Assembly (NCBI GenBank): GCA_965213685.1
Contig: CBDBZY010000003.1
Span: forward strand, 256,001 to 320,000
Length of the DNA: 64,000 bases
Direction: 5' to 3'
Source of the DNA: a bacterium
GTDB taxonomy: Bacteria; UBA8248
The notes under the pieces were generated by a model that did not search any database, had not been told where the DNA came from, and saw only the letters and a program-made list of their open reading frames with translations. Below are positions 35,344 through 46,777 of this stretch, piece by piece; position 1 is the stretch's first letter; each line of letters begins with the position of its first letter. Made by a program: the position numbers and the translations under genes.

Positions 35344-36736
35344 ATGGAGTTGCTTGAGAAAATACGAAAAAAGCAGGTGCGCGCGTGCGTGATGGGTCTG
35401 GGGTATGTCGGACTCCCCCTCGCCCTGGAGTTCGTGCGCGCAGGCCTCGAGGTCGTCGGCCTGGACGTGAACCGCGATCGCGTGCGCACCCTCGGAGAGG
35501 GGCGGAGCTATCTCACGGAAGTCTCCTCGGAAAGCGTGTCGGAAGCCCTGGAGACGCACCGGCTGGAGTTCACCACCGAGCAGCGCGTGCTCGGGGAGGT
35601 GGACACCGTCAACATCTGCGTTCCCACGCCGTTGGGCAAGACCGGCGACCCGGATTTGTCCTTCGTGCGCTCCGCACTGGAGAGCATCCAGGAGTTCGGG
35701 AGGCGGGGGCAGCTGTATGTGCTCGAGAGCACCATCTATCCCGGAGGAACCGAGGAAATCGTCCTTCCCGCCCTCTCCAGGGGGGGGATTGAAGGTGGGC
35801 GAGGATTTTTGCCTGGTTTTTTCGCCCGAGCGCGTGGACCCGGGCAACGAGTCCTACAACGTGAACAACATACCGAAGATCATCGGCGGCGTGACGGAAA
35901 GATGCGCGGATTGTGCCTGTGCCCCTGTATGAGGGGAGCATCGAGCATATCGTGCGCGTCGGCTCGCCCCGGACCGCGGAGATGGTGAAATTGCTGGAAA
36001 ACACCTTCCGGAGCGTCAACATCGGCCTGGTGAACGAAATGGCGAAAATGTGCCATATCCTGGGCGTGGACGTCTGGGAGGTGATTGAGGCGACGAAGAC
36101 GAAGCCCTTCGGCTTCATGCCCTTTTATCCCGGACCGGGCCTTTGGGGGGCATTGCATCCCCGTGGACCCGATCTACCTCTCGTGGAAGGCGCGGCAGAT
36201 GGGGTTTGAGGCGGAGTTCATCGAGTTGGCCGACAAGGTGAACAGTTCGATGCCGCCGTTCGTCGTGGAACTCGTCGTCAACGCCCTGAACGAGAGGGGC
36301 CAGGCGCTGAAGGGGGCCAGAATCCTGCTGGTGGGGGTGACCTACAAGGCGGACGTGAACGATCTGCGGGAGAGGCCCCGCCCTGGGACGTCTGGTTTCA
36401 TCTGGCCCGCAACGGAGCGGTCGTCCTCGTATTCGGACCCCTACGTGCCGGAGATCGACATCCATCCGATACGGGCGCTCTCTCAGCCCATCAGCGCAGC
36501 CTCGCTCCGGGAGTATGACTGCGTGGGTCGTGCTGGCGAACCACAGGGCGGCTGGACAGAAGAGCATTCACGAGAACGCGCGCTGCATCGTGGACACCCG
36601 GAACGCTTTTGCGGATTTTGCGCAAAACGGCCGCCTGTACAGACTGGGATGCGGCATTGCGATGGCGGACGGACGCGCGGGGGGGGGGGGGGGGGGGGGC
36701 GTTTTCCCCGCTCCCGGAAAATTCCGCCGGGGGTAG
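35344..36736 (+). CDS. nucleotide sugar dehydrogenase (UDP-GlcNAc 6-dehydrogenase-like), multiple frameshifts
   Basis: GLGYVGLPLA, ICVPTPL, ESTIYPG, SPERVDPGN, AEMVKLLENTFR, GGHCIPVDP, YKADVNDLRE. Confidence 0.88.
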
Positions 36737-36766
36737 TTGACATCCCCTGACCAAATGGGGTTTTAT
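36737..36766 (+). promoter_or_regulatory. putative sigma70 promoter of rplM-rpsI
   Basis: TTGACA-N18-TTTTAT upstream of rplM. Confidence 0.45.
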
Positions 36767-36845
36767 GCGCGTTCCCGTCCTCCCTCGGGAAGACGGCTCG
36801 TCACCCGCAAAGCGGGTGTGGCCCACAAATCGGGAAGAGAGTCTG

Positions 36846-37299
36846 ATGAGAATGTACGCAAGGACGCCCACCCCTCACGAAAGAGCGGGCGAACGCCCAG
36901 CGCGGCTGGGTGCTGGTGGACGCCAGGGATTCAAACCCTGGGCGTCTCTCCACGCGCGTGGCGACGCTGTTGCGCGGAAAAACACAAGCCGGACTGGACG
37001 CCGCACGTCGGACAACGGGGAGTACGTCGTCGTCGTCAACGCGGAGCGCGTCATACTCACGGGCCGCAAATTGTCGGAAAAAAAGTATTACCGCCATTCC
37101 GGCTATCCCGGACACCTCAAGGAGGTGACGGCGGCCCGCATGCCTGGAGACGCATCCCGAGCGCGTGATACAACATGCCGTGCGGGGCATGCTGCCCAAA
37201 AGCAAGCTGGGGCGCTCCCTGCTGCGAAAACTGAAGGTATATGCGGGCGAGAATCATCCGCATCAGGCGCAAACCCCCGAAGCGATTCGGCTCGACTGA
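36846..37299 (+). CDS. rplM: 50S ribosomal protein L13 (apparent frameshifts)
   Basis: [43 protein letters not shown] spread over frames. Confidence 0.92.
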
Positions 37300-37325
37300 A
37301 ACTCCGAGAGGCTCTGAACGCGAAC

Positions 37326-37727
37326 ATGGCCACCATACCGAAGCACTACGCCACAGGAAAACGAAAGACCTCCGTCGCGCGCGTCTGGATAGAGCCGGGC
37401 GACGGGAGAATTCTGGTCAACAACACCCCGGCGAACGAGGTATTTCCTCCGCGGACACCTCGCTCATGGTGATCAAGCAGCCCTTCGACCTCACCGGGAC
37501 CTGGGGGGGCTATGACGTGCGGGCCACCGTCAGGGGCGGAGGCCTCACCGGCCAGGCGGGCGCCGTTCGCCACGGCATCTCGAAAGCCCTCCTGGGCGTG
37601 GACCCCCGCGTTTCGGTCCATTCTGAAAAAGGGCGGGGCCTCATCACGCGCGACTCCCGCGTCAAGGAGCGCAAGAAGTACGGCCTCAAGGGGCGCGCGC
37701 AAGAGCTTCCAGTTCTCCAAACGCTGA
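37326..37727 (+). CDS. rpsI: 30S ribosomal protein S9 (apparent frameshifts)
   Basis: [46 protein letters not shown]. Confidence 0.94.
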
Positions 37728-37745
37728 TCCATCCGGCAGCCGTTC

Positions 37746-37776
37746 GGGGGCTGGCTTTCGCCGGCCCCCCTTTTTT
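37746..37776 (+). terminator. intrinsic terminator after rpsI
   Basis: GGGGGCTGGC-TTTC-GCCGGCCCCC hairpin followed by T6. Confidence 0.85.
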
Positions 37777-37868
37777 GTGCGAAAAAATGGATTGTGGTAG
37801 ATATTCGTTGTCCTCAAAGCGTGCGGGGGGGTGCGCGGCCGGGGAAACGCGCCGGGGGAGAGGGAGAC

Positions 37869-38913
37869 ATGCCGAGAATCGCCGTGGTGGGCGCCACCGG
37901 ATATACGGGATTCGAGCTGTTGCGGCTTCTCGGTTCGCACGGCGGGGTGGACGTCACGGCCCTGACGTCCGAGACCTACGCCGGCAAGAGGGTGGAGCAG
38001 GTGTTTCCCGCCCTCGCCTCCGTGACGGACGGCACGCTCGAGAGGTTCTCCCCCTGCCGTCTGCGAGGGGGGCGGACCTCGTGTTCTGCTGCCTGCCCCA
38101 CCGGGTGGCGATGAACACCGTGCCCGCGCTGCTGGAGGCCCGGGCACCGGGTGGTGGATTTCTCCGCCGATTATCGCCTGCGGGATGTCGGTGCGTATGA
38201 AGCCTGGTACAAGACGCAACACGCCTCGCCCGGAGCGGATTCCGGACGCCGTCTACGGGATGCCCGAGCTCTATCGCGGGAGGATTCGGCGGGCGCGCCT
38301 CGTCGCCAACCCCGGGTGCTATCCCACGGGGGCGATTCTGGCGCTCGTCCCGCTTTTGCGGGCGGGACTCATCCGGCGGGAAACCATCATCGTGGACGCG
38401 AAGTCGGGCGTTTCGGGGGGCGGGGAGAAAGGCGGACCTCGCCCTGCAGTTCAGCGAGGTGAACGAGGGTTTCAAGGCCTATGGCGTGGGGAATCACCGC
38501 CACACGCCGGAGATCGAGCAGGGAGCTGTCCGCCGCGGTCGGGGAGGACGTGCGCGTTTCGTTCACGCCCCACCTCGCGCCCATGACCCGGGGCATTCTC
38601 TCGACCATCTACGCCGGGAGCGAGGGGGCCGCCGGCGCCCATGCCGCCTGGGCGGTGCTGCGGGACGCCTACGCGGATGAGCCGTTCATTCGCCTGATGC
38701 CGGGCGGCGCGCTCCCCAACGTGACGCAGGTGGCCGGCTCGAACTATCTGGACATCGGCCTGGTGCATGACGAGCGCACGGCGCGCTTCGTCATTGTGGC
38801 GGCGATAGACAATCTGGTAAAAGGCGCATCAGGGGCTGCGGTGCAGAACATGAACCTGATGCTGGGGCTTCCCGAGGACGCAGGGGGCTCCTTCACCCGG
38901 GTTTTGGATGTGA
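37869..38913 (+). CDS. argC: N-acetyl-gamma-glutamyl-phosphate reductase (apparent frameshifts)
   Basis: [50 protein letters not shown]. Confidence 0.92.
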
Positions 38914-40129
38914 GCGGGCAGGAATGCATCACGACGACGGGCGGCGGCATTTGCGCGGCGAGAGGCGTGCGCGCAGCCGCACTGGCGGCGGGCATCAAGG
39001 CGTCGGGCAAGCCGGATATGGTGCTGCTCGCCTTTGACCCCCCGGCCGCCGCCGCCGGCGTCTATACCCGGAACAAGGTGTGCGCCGCTCCGGTCGCCCT
39101 GTGCAGGGAGCGCATCGGAAGGGCGCCCCTGCGCGCGTTTCTCGTCAACAGCGGCAACGCGAACGCCTGCACGGGCCGGCAGGGCTATGCGGACGCCCGT
39201 GGGCCTGTGCGGAGCGGTGGCGGACGCGCTGGACTGCCCGGAGGAGCAGGTCGCCATGTCCTCGACGGGGATCATCGGCGCTCCGCTCCCGGTGGGACGC
39301 CATGGAGGCGCGGATTGCGGGTCTGGTTTCCGGCCTCTCCGCCGGGGGCGGCCGCGAGGCGGCGGTGGGCATCATGACGACGGACACGCGCCCCAAGGAG
39401 TGCGCCGTTCGGGTGAGCGATCCCGCCGGGGGCGTACGCCATAGGCGGCATCGCCAAGGGCGCCGGCATGATCGCCCCCGACATGGCGGACCATGCTCGC
39501 CTACGTCGCCACCGACGCGGCCGTTCCGCAGGCCAGCCTGCAGGCCGCCCTGCGCGCCGTCGTGCGCAAGACGTTCAACTGCGTGACGATTGATGGCGAC
39601 ACCTCGACGAACGACACGGTGATTCTGGCCGCGACGGGCGCCTCCGGCGTGGCGCTCGCCTCGGCGGAGTCCCTCGAGCGGTTCGAGGCCGGTCTCTACA
39701 GGCTGTGTCGGGAGCTTGCCCTGGCCATCGTCCGCGACGGCGAGGGGGGTGAACAAGGTGGTGGAGGTGAAAATCACGGGCGCCGCCAGCGAGGAGCAGG
39801 CGCGCCTGGCCGCGCGGTCGGTCTCCCAGAGCCTGCTGGTGAAAACGGCGATTCACGGCGAGATGCCCAACTGGGGGCGGATGTTCGCGGCGGCGGGCTA
39901 CAGCGGCGCGGACGTGGCGCCCGAAAACATGTCGCTGCGGATAGAGGACGTGCAGGTGATGCGCGGCGGCGCGCCCGTCCCTGGCTGGGCAGACGCGCTG
40001 GCCCCGGTGCTCAAGCGGCCCGAATACGGCCTCGCGCTGTGCCTGGGGGTCGGGGAGGCGGAGGCCGTTTTCTGGACGACGGACCTGAGCGCCGAATACG
40101 TTCGCTTCAACGCGGACTACAAGACCTGA
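38910..40129 (+). CDS. argJ: bifunctional ornithine acetyltransferase (apparent frameshifts)
   Basis: NSGNANACTG, STGIIG, IMTTDT, DGDTSTNDT, RDGEG, NWGR, DLSAEYVRFNADYKT. Confidence 0.92.
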
Positions 40130-40328
40130 GGGGCGCGTTGGCCTCAGAGGTTTGAACCATCTCCGTCGTTGTGAGACATTTCATGCGCCGGACGGTGGCG
40201 GACGCCGGGGCGGCGGATCCGGCCGGCGGCTCACTCAAGCAAAATCAAATATTTGAAAATTCGGCCTCATCCGCCCGGAGGCTGGCAGGGCCCCCCTCGA
40301 TGAAAGGCGGGGCAGGAGGAGCGTCCCG

Positions 40329-41129
40329 ATGAACCCCATCACATTGCGCCAGTTGCTGGAGTCCGGCGCCCATTTCGGGCACCAGACCACCCGATGGAAC
40401 CCCAAGATGCGCCCCTATATCTTCGGTGCGCGCAACGGGATTTACATCATCGACCTGCAAAAGACCCTGCGGCTGTTCAACGCCGCGCGCGAGGTGATTC
40501 GCGACATCGCGGCCAAGGGCGGCAAGGTGCTCTTCGTGGGAACGAAGCAGCAGGCCCAGGAGATCGTCGCGGAGGAGGCCCGAAGGGTGGGGATGCCCTA
40601 CGTCACCCAGCGCTGGCTCGGCGGCACGCTCACCAACTTCTCCACCATCAAGAACTCCATCGCGCGCCTCCTCGACCTGGAGACCATGAAGAACGACGGC
40701 ACCTTCGATCTTCTGGCGAAGAAGGAGGCCGTCAGGCGGGAGAAGAACATGGCGCGGCTCGAGAAGTTTCTGGGCGGCATCAAGCACATGGATCAGCTGC
40801 CGCAGGCCATGTTCGTCATCGATACGGGCCATGAGTACAACGCCATCCGCGAGGCCAGGAAGCTGGGCATCCCCGTCATCGCCGTGGTGGACACGAATTC
40901 GGACCCCGACGGGGTGGACCACCTCCTGCCGGGCAATGACGACGCCCTGCGATCCATTCGCTTCTTCGTCTCCCGGGTGGCGGAGGCCGTCGCCGAGGGC
41001 GTCACCGCGCGCGAGGAAACGGGAGCCGAGGATGTCGAGGCCGTCGTCGCGTCCGGCGATGCGGTCGCGGTGGAGATGATGGCGGCGGCCGCCGCGACGG
41101 GGGAGGGGAAGGCGGCGCGGGGAGGATAA
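40329..41129 (+). CDS. rpsB: 30S ribosomal protein S2
   Basis: [35 protein letters not shown]. Confidence 0.98.
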   Translation: MNPITLRQLLESGAHFGHQTTRWNPKMRPYIFGARNGIYIIDLQKTLRLFNAAREVIRDIAAKGGKVLFVGTKQQAQEIVAEEARRVGMPYVTQRWLGGTLTNFSTIKNSIARLLDLETMKNDGTFDLLAKKEAVRREKNMARLEKFLGGIKHMDQLPQAMFVIDTGHEYNAIREARKLGIPVIAVVDTNSDPDGVDHLLPGNDDALRSIRFFVSRVAEAVAEGVTAREETGAEDVEAVVASGDAVAVEMMAAAAATGEGKAARGG

Positions 41130-41179
41130 CCATTACTTTTTTGGGCGACAGCCGGATTTCACGGGGAGAGGATCAGGGG

Positions 41180-42049
41180 ATGGAAGTGACCGCGCAGATG
41201 GTCAAAGAGCTGCGAACCCGCACCGGTGCGGGCATCATGGATTGCAAGGAAGCCCTCCGGGAGAACGCGGGCGATTTTGAGGAGGCGGCGCGCTATTTGC
41301 GGGAGAAGGGGCTTTCCAGCGCCGCCAAGAAGGCGGGGCGCGCGGCGAGCGAGGGCCAGGTGTACGCCTCTCTCGGGGAGGATGGCCGCACGGGCGCCAT
41401 CGTCGAGGTGAACTGCGAGACCGACTTCGTGGCCCGCACGGAGGATTTCCAGGCGCTCCTGGAGAGCGTCGCGGCCCACGTCAGGGAGGAGGGCGGGGAG
41501 AACCTGGCCGAAGCGCTCCGGGAGGGGGTGACGGAGGCCATCGCCAGACTCGGCGAGAACATCGTCGTCGCCCGCGGGGAGCGCCTCTCGCTGGGCGATG
41601 GCGACTCCGGCAGGGTGGCCTCCTACATCCACCCGGGCGGGCGGGTCGGCGTCCTGCTGGACTTGCGGTGCGAGACGGCGCGGCAGGCGGGCGATTCCGC
41701 CTTTGCGGAAACCGCGCGCGATTTGACGATGCACATCGCGGCGAGTAGCCCCCAGTTCCTCTCCGAGGAGCAGATACCCGAGACGGTTCTCCAGGGCGAG
41801 CGCGAGATTCTTCTCGCCCAGCAGAAAGATTCCGGAAAGCCCGTGAACATCCTGGAGCGAATCGTCGAGGGGCGCATCAAGAAGTACAAAAAAGAGATTT
41901 GCCTGCTCGAGCAGCCGTTCGTCAAGGACACCGACAGGACGGTCCGGGAGTATCTGAAGGACAGGAGTGCGGAGGCGGGCGGGGAGATTCGGGTTTCCTC
42001 CTGGGCGCGCTTCCAGCTCGGCGACCTTTCCGGGCGGGATGCGGGGTAG
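41180..42049 (+). CDS. tsf: elongation factor Ts
   Basis: VKELRTRTGAGIMDCK, EVNCETDFVA, LLEQPFVKD. Confidence 0.98.
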   Translation: MEVTAQMVKELRTRTGAGIMDCKEALRENAGDFEEAARYLREKGLSSAAKKAGRAASEGQVYASLGEDGRTGAIVEVNCETDFVARTEDFQALLESVAAHVREEGGENLAEALREGVTEAIARLGENIVVARGERLSLGDGDSGRVASYIHPGGRVGVLLDLRCETARQAGDSAFAETARDLTMHIAASSPQFLSEEQIPETVLQGEREILLAQQKDSGKPVNILERIVEGRIKKYKKEICLLEQPFVKDTDRTVREYLKDRSAEAGGEIRVSSWARFQLGDLSGRDAG

Positions 42050-42112
42050 CGGCCTTCTGGCGATTCTTTCGCGCCGCCCTTTGTCGCGGCGTGAAATTTC
42101 CGGAGATCTTCC

Positions 42113-42835
42113 ATGAGCGGCAACCTGCGATTCAAGAGAATCTTGCTCAAACTCTCGGGCGAGGCGCTGGGGGGAGGCCTCCGGTACGGCATCGACCACA
42201 ACGTGGTGGACGACATCGCGCAGGAGATCAAAGAGGTGCATGCGATGGGCGTGGAGGTCGCCATCGTCGTGGGCGGCGGGAACATCTTCCGGGGGGCGGC
42301 GGCGGCCGCTGCGGGCATGGAGCGCACCAACGCCGATTACATGGGAATGCTCGGCACCGTCATCAACGCCCTGGCGCTTCAGCATGCGCTCGAGAAGGCG
42401 AGCCTCGTCACCCGCGTCCAGAGCGCCATCCATATGGCCGAGTTGTGCGAGCCCTATATCCGAAGGCGCGCGGTGCGGCACATGGAAAAGAACCGGGTGG
42501 TCATTTTCGCCGGCGGCACCGGGAATCCCTACTTCACGACGGACACCACCGCGAGCCTCCGGGCCATCGAGGTGGGCGCCGAGTGCATACTCAAGGCAAC
42601 GAACGTGGACGGCGTTTTCTCCGCCGACCCCAAGGAGGACGATACGGCCGAGTTCATCGACGAGTTGACCTATATCGAGGTGCTGAATCGCCAGCTCGCC
42701 GTCATGGACACGACCGCCGTCAGCCTGTGCATGGACAACGGCCTGCCCATCATCGTTTTCAACCTTCTCGAACCCGGCAACATTCGCCGCGTCGTGGAGG
42801 GAGAGCAGGTGGGGACTTTGGTGAAGTCCTCCTAG
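42113..42835 (+). CDS. pyrH: UMP kinase
   Basis: [26 protein letters not shown]. Confidence 0.98.
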   Translation: MSGNLRFKRILLKLSGEALGGGLRYGIDHNVVDDIAQEIKEVHAMGVEVAIVVGGGNIFRGAAAAAAGMERTNADYMGMLGTVINALALQHALEKASLVTRVQSAIHMAELCEPYIRRRAVRHMEKNRVVIFAGGTGNPYFTTDTTASLRAIEVGAECILKATNVDGVFSADPKEDDTAEFIDELTYIEVLNRQLAVMDTTAVSLCMDNGLPIIVFNLLEPGNIRRVVEGEQVGTLVKSS

Positions 42836-42953
42836 GTTCGGCGCGGCGTCCGCCGAAAGAAGCGACGGAGGGGGGGAGCTTGTGGGCGGGGGCCGCCGGG
42901 AGCGGGACGGCGGGCGTCTTTGTTGGGTTTTTCGCATTGGGGGGATATGGGCG

Positions 42954-43508
42954 ATGGACGAGGTTATCGCCGCGTTGAGGAAGAGGATGCAGGCCACGGT
43001 GGAATCGTATAAATCCGAAGCCGCCCGCGTGCGCACCGGGCGCGCGTCCACGAACCTCGTCAGCGGCGTGATGGTCAACTACTACGGGGCGGCCACGCCG
43101 CTCAACCAGCTGGCCACACTGAGCGTGCCGGAGCCCCAGCTCATCATCGTCCAGCCCTTCGACATGAATTCGCTGGGCGACATTGAGAAGGCGATCCAGT
43201 CGGCGGACCTGGGGCTGAATCCCGCGAATGATGGCAAGATCATCCGCGTGCCGGTGCCGGCGCTCACCGGGGAGCGTCGCAAGGAGCTGGTGAAGCTGCT
43301 TCGGAAGACGACGGAGGAGCACAAGGTCGCGTTGCGCAACATCCGGCGCGACGGCAACGACGGCCTCAAGCACCTGGAGAAGAAAAAAGAGATTACCGAG
43401 GACGACGTCCGGCGCGGGCAGGGGGATGTCCAGAAGCTGACGGATCGGTTCGTCTCCGAACTGGACGGCTTGCTTTCCGCCAAGGAGAAAGAGATTCTTG
43501 AGGTCTAG
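42954..43508 (+). CDS. frr: ribosome recycling factor
   Basis: RTGRAS, YYGAATPL, LGLNP, RNIRRD. Confidence 0.97.
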   Translation: MDEVIAALRKRMQATVESYKSEAARVRTGRASTNLVSGVMVNYYGAATPLNQLATLSVPEPQLIIVQPFDMNSLGDIEKAIQSADLGLNPANDGKIIRVPVPALTGERRKELVKLLRKTTEEHKVALRNIRRDGNDGLKHLEKKKEITEDDVRRGQGDVQKLTDRFVSELDGLLSAKEKEILEV

Positions 43509-43527
43509 TCTGTCCACCGGAGGGCGC

Positions 43528-44286
43528 ATGGAACCTCTCATCGACCCGCGCATCGATCTCGAACGGATCCCCCGCCACATCGGGGTCATCATGGACGGGA
43601 ACGGCCGCTGGGCGCAAAAGCGTTTTCTTCCCCGGGTCGCCGGCCACCGCGCGGGCGTGAAATCCGTCGACAAGGTGGTGGCCCATGCGCGCCGCATCGG
43701 CGTCGGCGCCCTCACGCTCTACAGCTTCTCTCTCGAGAACTGGAACCGGCCCAAGGGCGAGGTGGACGCGCTCATGGACATCCTGGCCGAGTATCTCGAG
43801 CGCGAGCTTCCGCGAATGCTCCGGGAGGGGATCCGCTTCAACACCATCGGGCATGACGGGGATTTGCCCCGCTTCGCGCGGGAGAGCATCCGCCGCGTCA
43901 AGGAGCGGACCGCCGACCAGGAGGGGATGGTGCTGACCCTGGCGCTGAGCTACGGCGCGCGCCGGGAGATCACCGACGCCGCGCGGTCCATATCCCGGGA
44001 AGTGCAGATGGGGATTCTGCAGCCTGAGGAAATCGACGAGAGCGACGTGGAGCGGCACCTGTACACGGCGGATTTGCCCCGGCTCGACCTGTTGATTCGC
44101 ACCAGCGGCGAACTCAGGCTTTCCAATTACCTTCTCTGGCAGGCGGCCTACGCGGAGCTGTATTTCACGGACGTGAAATGGCCGGAATTCGGGGAACGCG
44201 AACTCGAAGGCGCCATTCTCGCCTACCAGTCCCGGGTGCGGAAGTTTGGTCTTACCGAGGAGCAGCTCACGACCCGGGGAAACTAG
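43528..44286 (+). CDS. uppS: undecaprenyl diphosphate synthase
   Basis: HIGVIMDGNGRWA, FSLENWNRP, IRTSGELRLSNYLLWQ. Confidence 0.97.
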   Translation: MEPLIDPRIDLERIPRHIGVIMDGNGRWAQKRFLPRVAGHRAGVKSVDKVVAHARRIGVGALTLYSFSLENWNRPKGEVDALMDILAEYLERELPRMLREGIRFNTIGHDGDLPRFARESIRRVKERTADQEGMVLTLALSYGARREITDAARSISREVQMGILQPEEIDESDVERHLYTADLPRLDLLIRTSGELRLSNYLLWQAAYAELYFTDVKWPEFGERELEGAILAYQSRVRKFGLTEEQLTTRGN

Positions 44287-44289
44287 GTC

Positions 44290-45102
44290 TTGACCCGTTT
44301 CATCAGCGCCCTGGCGCTCGCGGCGCCCATCCTCGGCATCCTGTTTTTCGCCCCCCTCCCCGCTTTTTCCTGCGTGGTCATCCTCCTCGTCTTGCGCGCG
44401 GGTTGGGAGTTTCAGGCGCTGCTCCATCTTTGCGGGTGGCGCGCCGGCGCGTGGGAGGGGGTGCTGGATGCGCCCGCCTTCGCGCTGGCCGTGTGGGTGG
44501 GCGGCGTTTGGCCGGGCCTGGTGCTGGCGCTCGTTTTCCTGCGCCTCCTCGCCAAGACGCTCTCCGGCCAGGCCACCCGGAGGGGCTTCGCCCTGGCCGG
44601 CGCCTCTCTCCTCGGCGTGGCGTGGGTGGGCGGTGCCGGCGGGCTCCTCGTGCTTACCCGGACTTTGCCGGGCGGGCGGGCAGCCGTCTTCTTTCTGCTC
44701 GTCGTCGTCTGGACGAACGACATCGCGGCGATGTTCACCGGCAAGACGCTGGGGCGCAGAAAACTCGCGCCGAGAATCAGCCCCGGAAAAACGGTGGAGG
44801 GGGCGATCGGGGGAATTCTGGCCGGTGCTCTCGCGGGCGTCGTCGCGGCGGCGTATGCGGAGGTCCCGGGCGTCGGTCCGTGGCTCGCCGCTCCCGTGGC
44901 GGGGTGCCTGGGGCTGTTCGCGCTGCTGGGGGATTTGGGGGAATCGACCCTGAAGCGCGCGGCCGGGCGAAAGGACGCATCCGCCATCATCCCCGGTCAC
45001 GGGGGGCTGCTCGACAGAATCGACGGTTTGCTCATGGCGAGCCCCGCATTCTACTATTTTCTGTATTCCATGACGTCCTGGTCCACCATCCATAGCGGGT
45101 GA
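44290..45102 (+). CDS. cdsA: phosphatidate cytidylyltransferase
   Basis: ISPGKTVEG, GDLGESTLKR, KDAS..IPGHGGLLDRID. Confidence 0.95.
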   Translation: MTRFISALALAAPILGILFFAPLPAFSCVVILLVLRAGWEFQALLHLCGWRAGAWEGVLDAPAFALAVWVGGVWPGLVLALVFLRLLAKTLSGQATRRGFALAGASLLGVAWVGGAGGLLVLTRTLPGGRAAVFFLLVVVWTNDIAAMFTGKTLGRRKLAPRISPGKTVEGAIGGILAGALAGVVAAAYAEVPGVGPWLAAPVAGCLGLFALLGDLGESTLKRAAGRKDASAIIPGHGGLLDRIDGLLMASPAFYYFLYSMTSWSTIHSG

Positions 45103-45110
45103 GACGCACC

Positions 45111-46292
45111 ATGAAGCGGCGAAAGATGGCCATATTGGGTTCCACGGGCAGCATCGGGGAAAACACCCTGAGCGTCGCCGCGCAATTTCCCGAGAAAATC
45201 GACGTGGTGGCGCTCGCCGCCGGAAGAAACGCGGGTCGGCTCCTGGAGCAGGCGCGGCGGTTTCGGCCCGAGGTGCTGTCCCTCGCCGATCCGGGCGACG
45301 CCGCGCGGGTCCAGGACGCCCTCCCGCCCGGAATCCGGGTGCTCTCGGGGGAGGAGGGCTTGCGCGAGGTGGCCGCGGGAGCGGGGGCGGACCTCGTGGT
45401 TTCCGCCCTGGTGGGCGCGGCGGGCCTGGCGCCGACGCTGGCCGCCATCGAGACGGGCGCCTCGATAGCGCTCGCGAACAAGGAGGTGCTCGTCATGGCC
45501 GGGGAGATCGTCACCTCGCGCGCCCTGGCCCGGGGAGGCGAACTGCTCCCCGTAGACAGCGAGCATGCGGGCGTGGCGCAGGCGATGGCGGACAGGCCGC
45601 AGAGCCAGCTGGCGCGCGTCATCCTCACCGCCTCGGGCGGCCCCTTTCGGAACCATTCCGTCGAGGCGATGCGCGAGGCGTCTCCCCGGGAGGCGTTGAA
45701 CCACCCGAACTGGAAGATGGGCCCCAAGATCACGATCGATTCCGCGTCGATGATGAACAAGGGGCTGGAGATCATCGAGGCGCGCTGGCTCTTCGGGCTG
45801 CGGCCCGAGCAGGTCGACGTGCTGGTGCACCCGCAGAGCATCGTGCACGCCCTGGTGGAATTTGTGGACAGGAGCGTCGTGGCGCAAATGAGCGTGCCCG
45901 ACATGCGGATTCCCATCGCGCAGGCCGTCTTCTCTCCCGAGAGGCTGGCCGTCGACGCGCCGAGGCTGGACCTGGCGCAAGTCGGCTCCCTGACGTTCGA
46001 GAGCCCGGACCCCGAGCAGTTTCCCTGTCTCGCCCACGCGAAGGCCGCGATGCGCGCGGGAGGGACGGCGCCCGCCGTCCTCAACGCGGCGAACGAGGTG
46101 GCCGTCGCCTCGTTTTTGGCCGGCGCGTCGAAATTCATGGACATCCCCGGCGTGGTCGGCGCCGCCCTGGACGCGCACGAGAGGATGGAGGCGGATGCGC
46201 TGGAGGCCGTCCTGGAGGCGGATCGCTGGGCGCGGGGGTATGCCGCCGCCCGTCTGGGCGGAGCTGCCGCCGTCGCCAAGTCGAATCCGTGA
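45111..46292 (+). CDS. dxr: 1-deoxy-D-xylulose-5-phosphate reductoisomerase
   Basis: LGSTGSIG, ANKE, PVDSEH, HPNWKMGPKITIDSA, NAANE. Confidence 0.97.
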   Translation: MKRRKMAILGSTGSIGENTLSVAAQFPEKIDVVALAAGRNAGRLLEQARRFRPEVLSLADPGDAARVQDALPPGIRVLSGEEGLREVAAGAGADLVVSALVGAAGLAPTLAAIETGASIALANKEVLVMAGEIVTSRALARGGELLPVDSEHAGVAQAMADRPQSQLARVILTASGGPFRNHSVEAMREASPREALNHPNWKMGPKITIDSASMMNKGLEIIEARWLFGLRPEQVDVLVHPQSIVHALVEFVDRSVVAQMSVPDMRIPIAQAVFSPERLAVDAPRLDLAQVGSLTFESPDPEQFPCLAHAKAAMRAGGTAPAVLNAANEVAVASFLAGASKFMDIPGVVGAALDAHERMEADALEAVLEADRWARGYAAARLGGAAAVAKSNP

Positions 46293-46756
46293 AGGGCGGC
46301 GCGGGCGGGGAGCTGCCGCGACTCGTCGCCACGCTCGGCGGGATCGGGAGGGCGCCCCTCGCACCGGGCACGGCGGCCTCCCTGCTCGCCGTGGCGGCGT
46401 ATTGCGCCCTCTGGGGGATGGGCCGCCACCTCCCCGCCCTGTTTGTGCTCCTCCTGGCGCCGCTTGCCGTGTGGGCGTCCGGAAGGTATGAGGCCGCCGC
46501 GCACCGGCGGGACCCGCCGGAGATCGTCGTGGACGAATGGGTGGGCCAGTTCGTCTGCCTCCTTGGTACCGAGCCGACGCCGGGCGCCCTGGCGGCCGGC
46601 TTTTTCCTGTTTCGGGTGCTGGACGTCATCAAGCCGCCGCCGCTTCGCCGTCTCGAGAGGCTGCCGGGCGGGGTGGGCGTCGTGGCGGACGACGTCGGCG
46701 CCGGCGTCCTAGGCTGGGCGGTGCTGCGCGGCCTGTCGCATTTCGGCGTCGTCTGA
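46289..46756 (+). CDS. pgpA: phosphatidylglycerophosphatase A
   Basis: APGT, DPPEIVVDE, FRVLDVIKP, GVVADD. Confidence 0.92.
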   Translation: MKGGAGGELPRLVATLGGIGRAPLAPGTAASLLAVAAYCALWGMGRHLPALFVLLLAPLAVWASGRYEAAAHRRDPPEIVVDEWVGQFVCLLGTEPTPGALAAGFFLFRVLDVIKPPPLRRLERLPGGVGVVADDVGAGVLGWAVLRGLSHFGVV

Positions 46757-46777
46757 TTTTCCGGGAGGCGGAGAGGG

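Noticed and set aside
38481-39377. Apparent ArgC-ArgJ fusion ORF
   Set aside because: Likely produced by an indel near the argC end; a normal overlapping GTGA start/stop exists at 38910-38913
33700-39800. Dense frameshifts in exbBD, the phosphatase, the dehydrogenase, rplM, rpsI, argC and argJ read as pseudogenisation or programmed frameshifting
   Set aside because: They hit essential ribosomal genes, many lie in homopolymer runs, and they cluster regionally while 40-53 kb is clean; this fits low-coverage long-read consensus error
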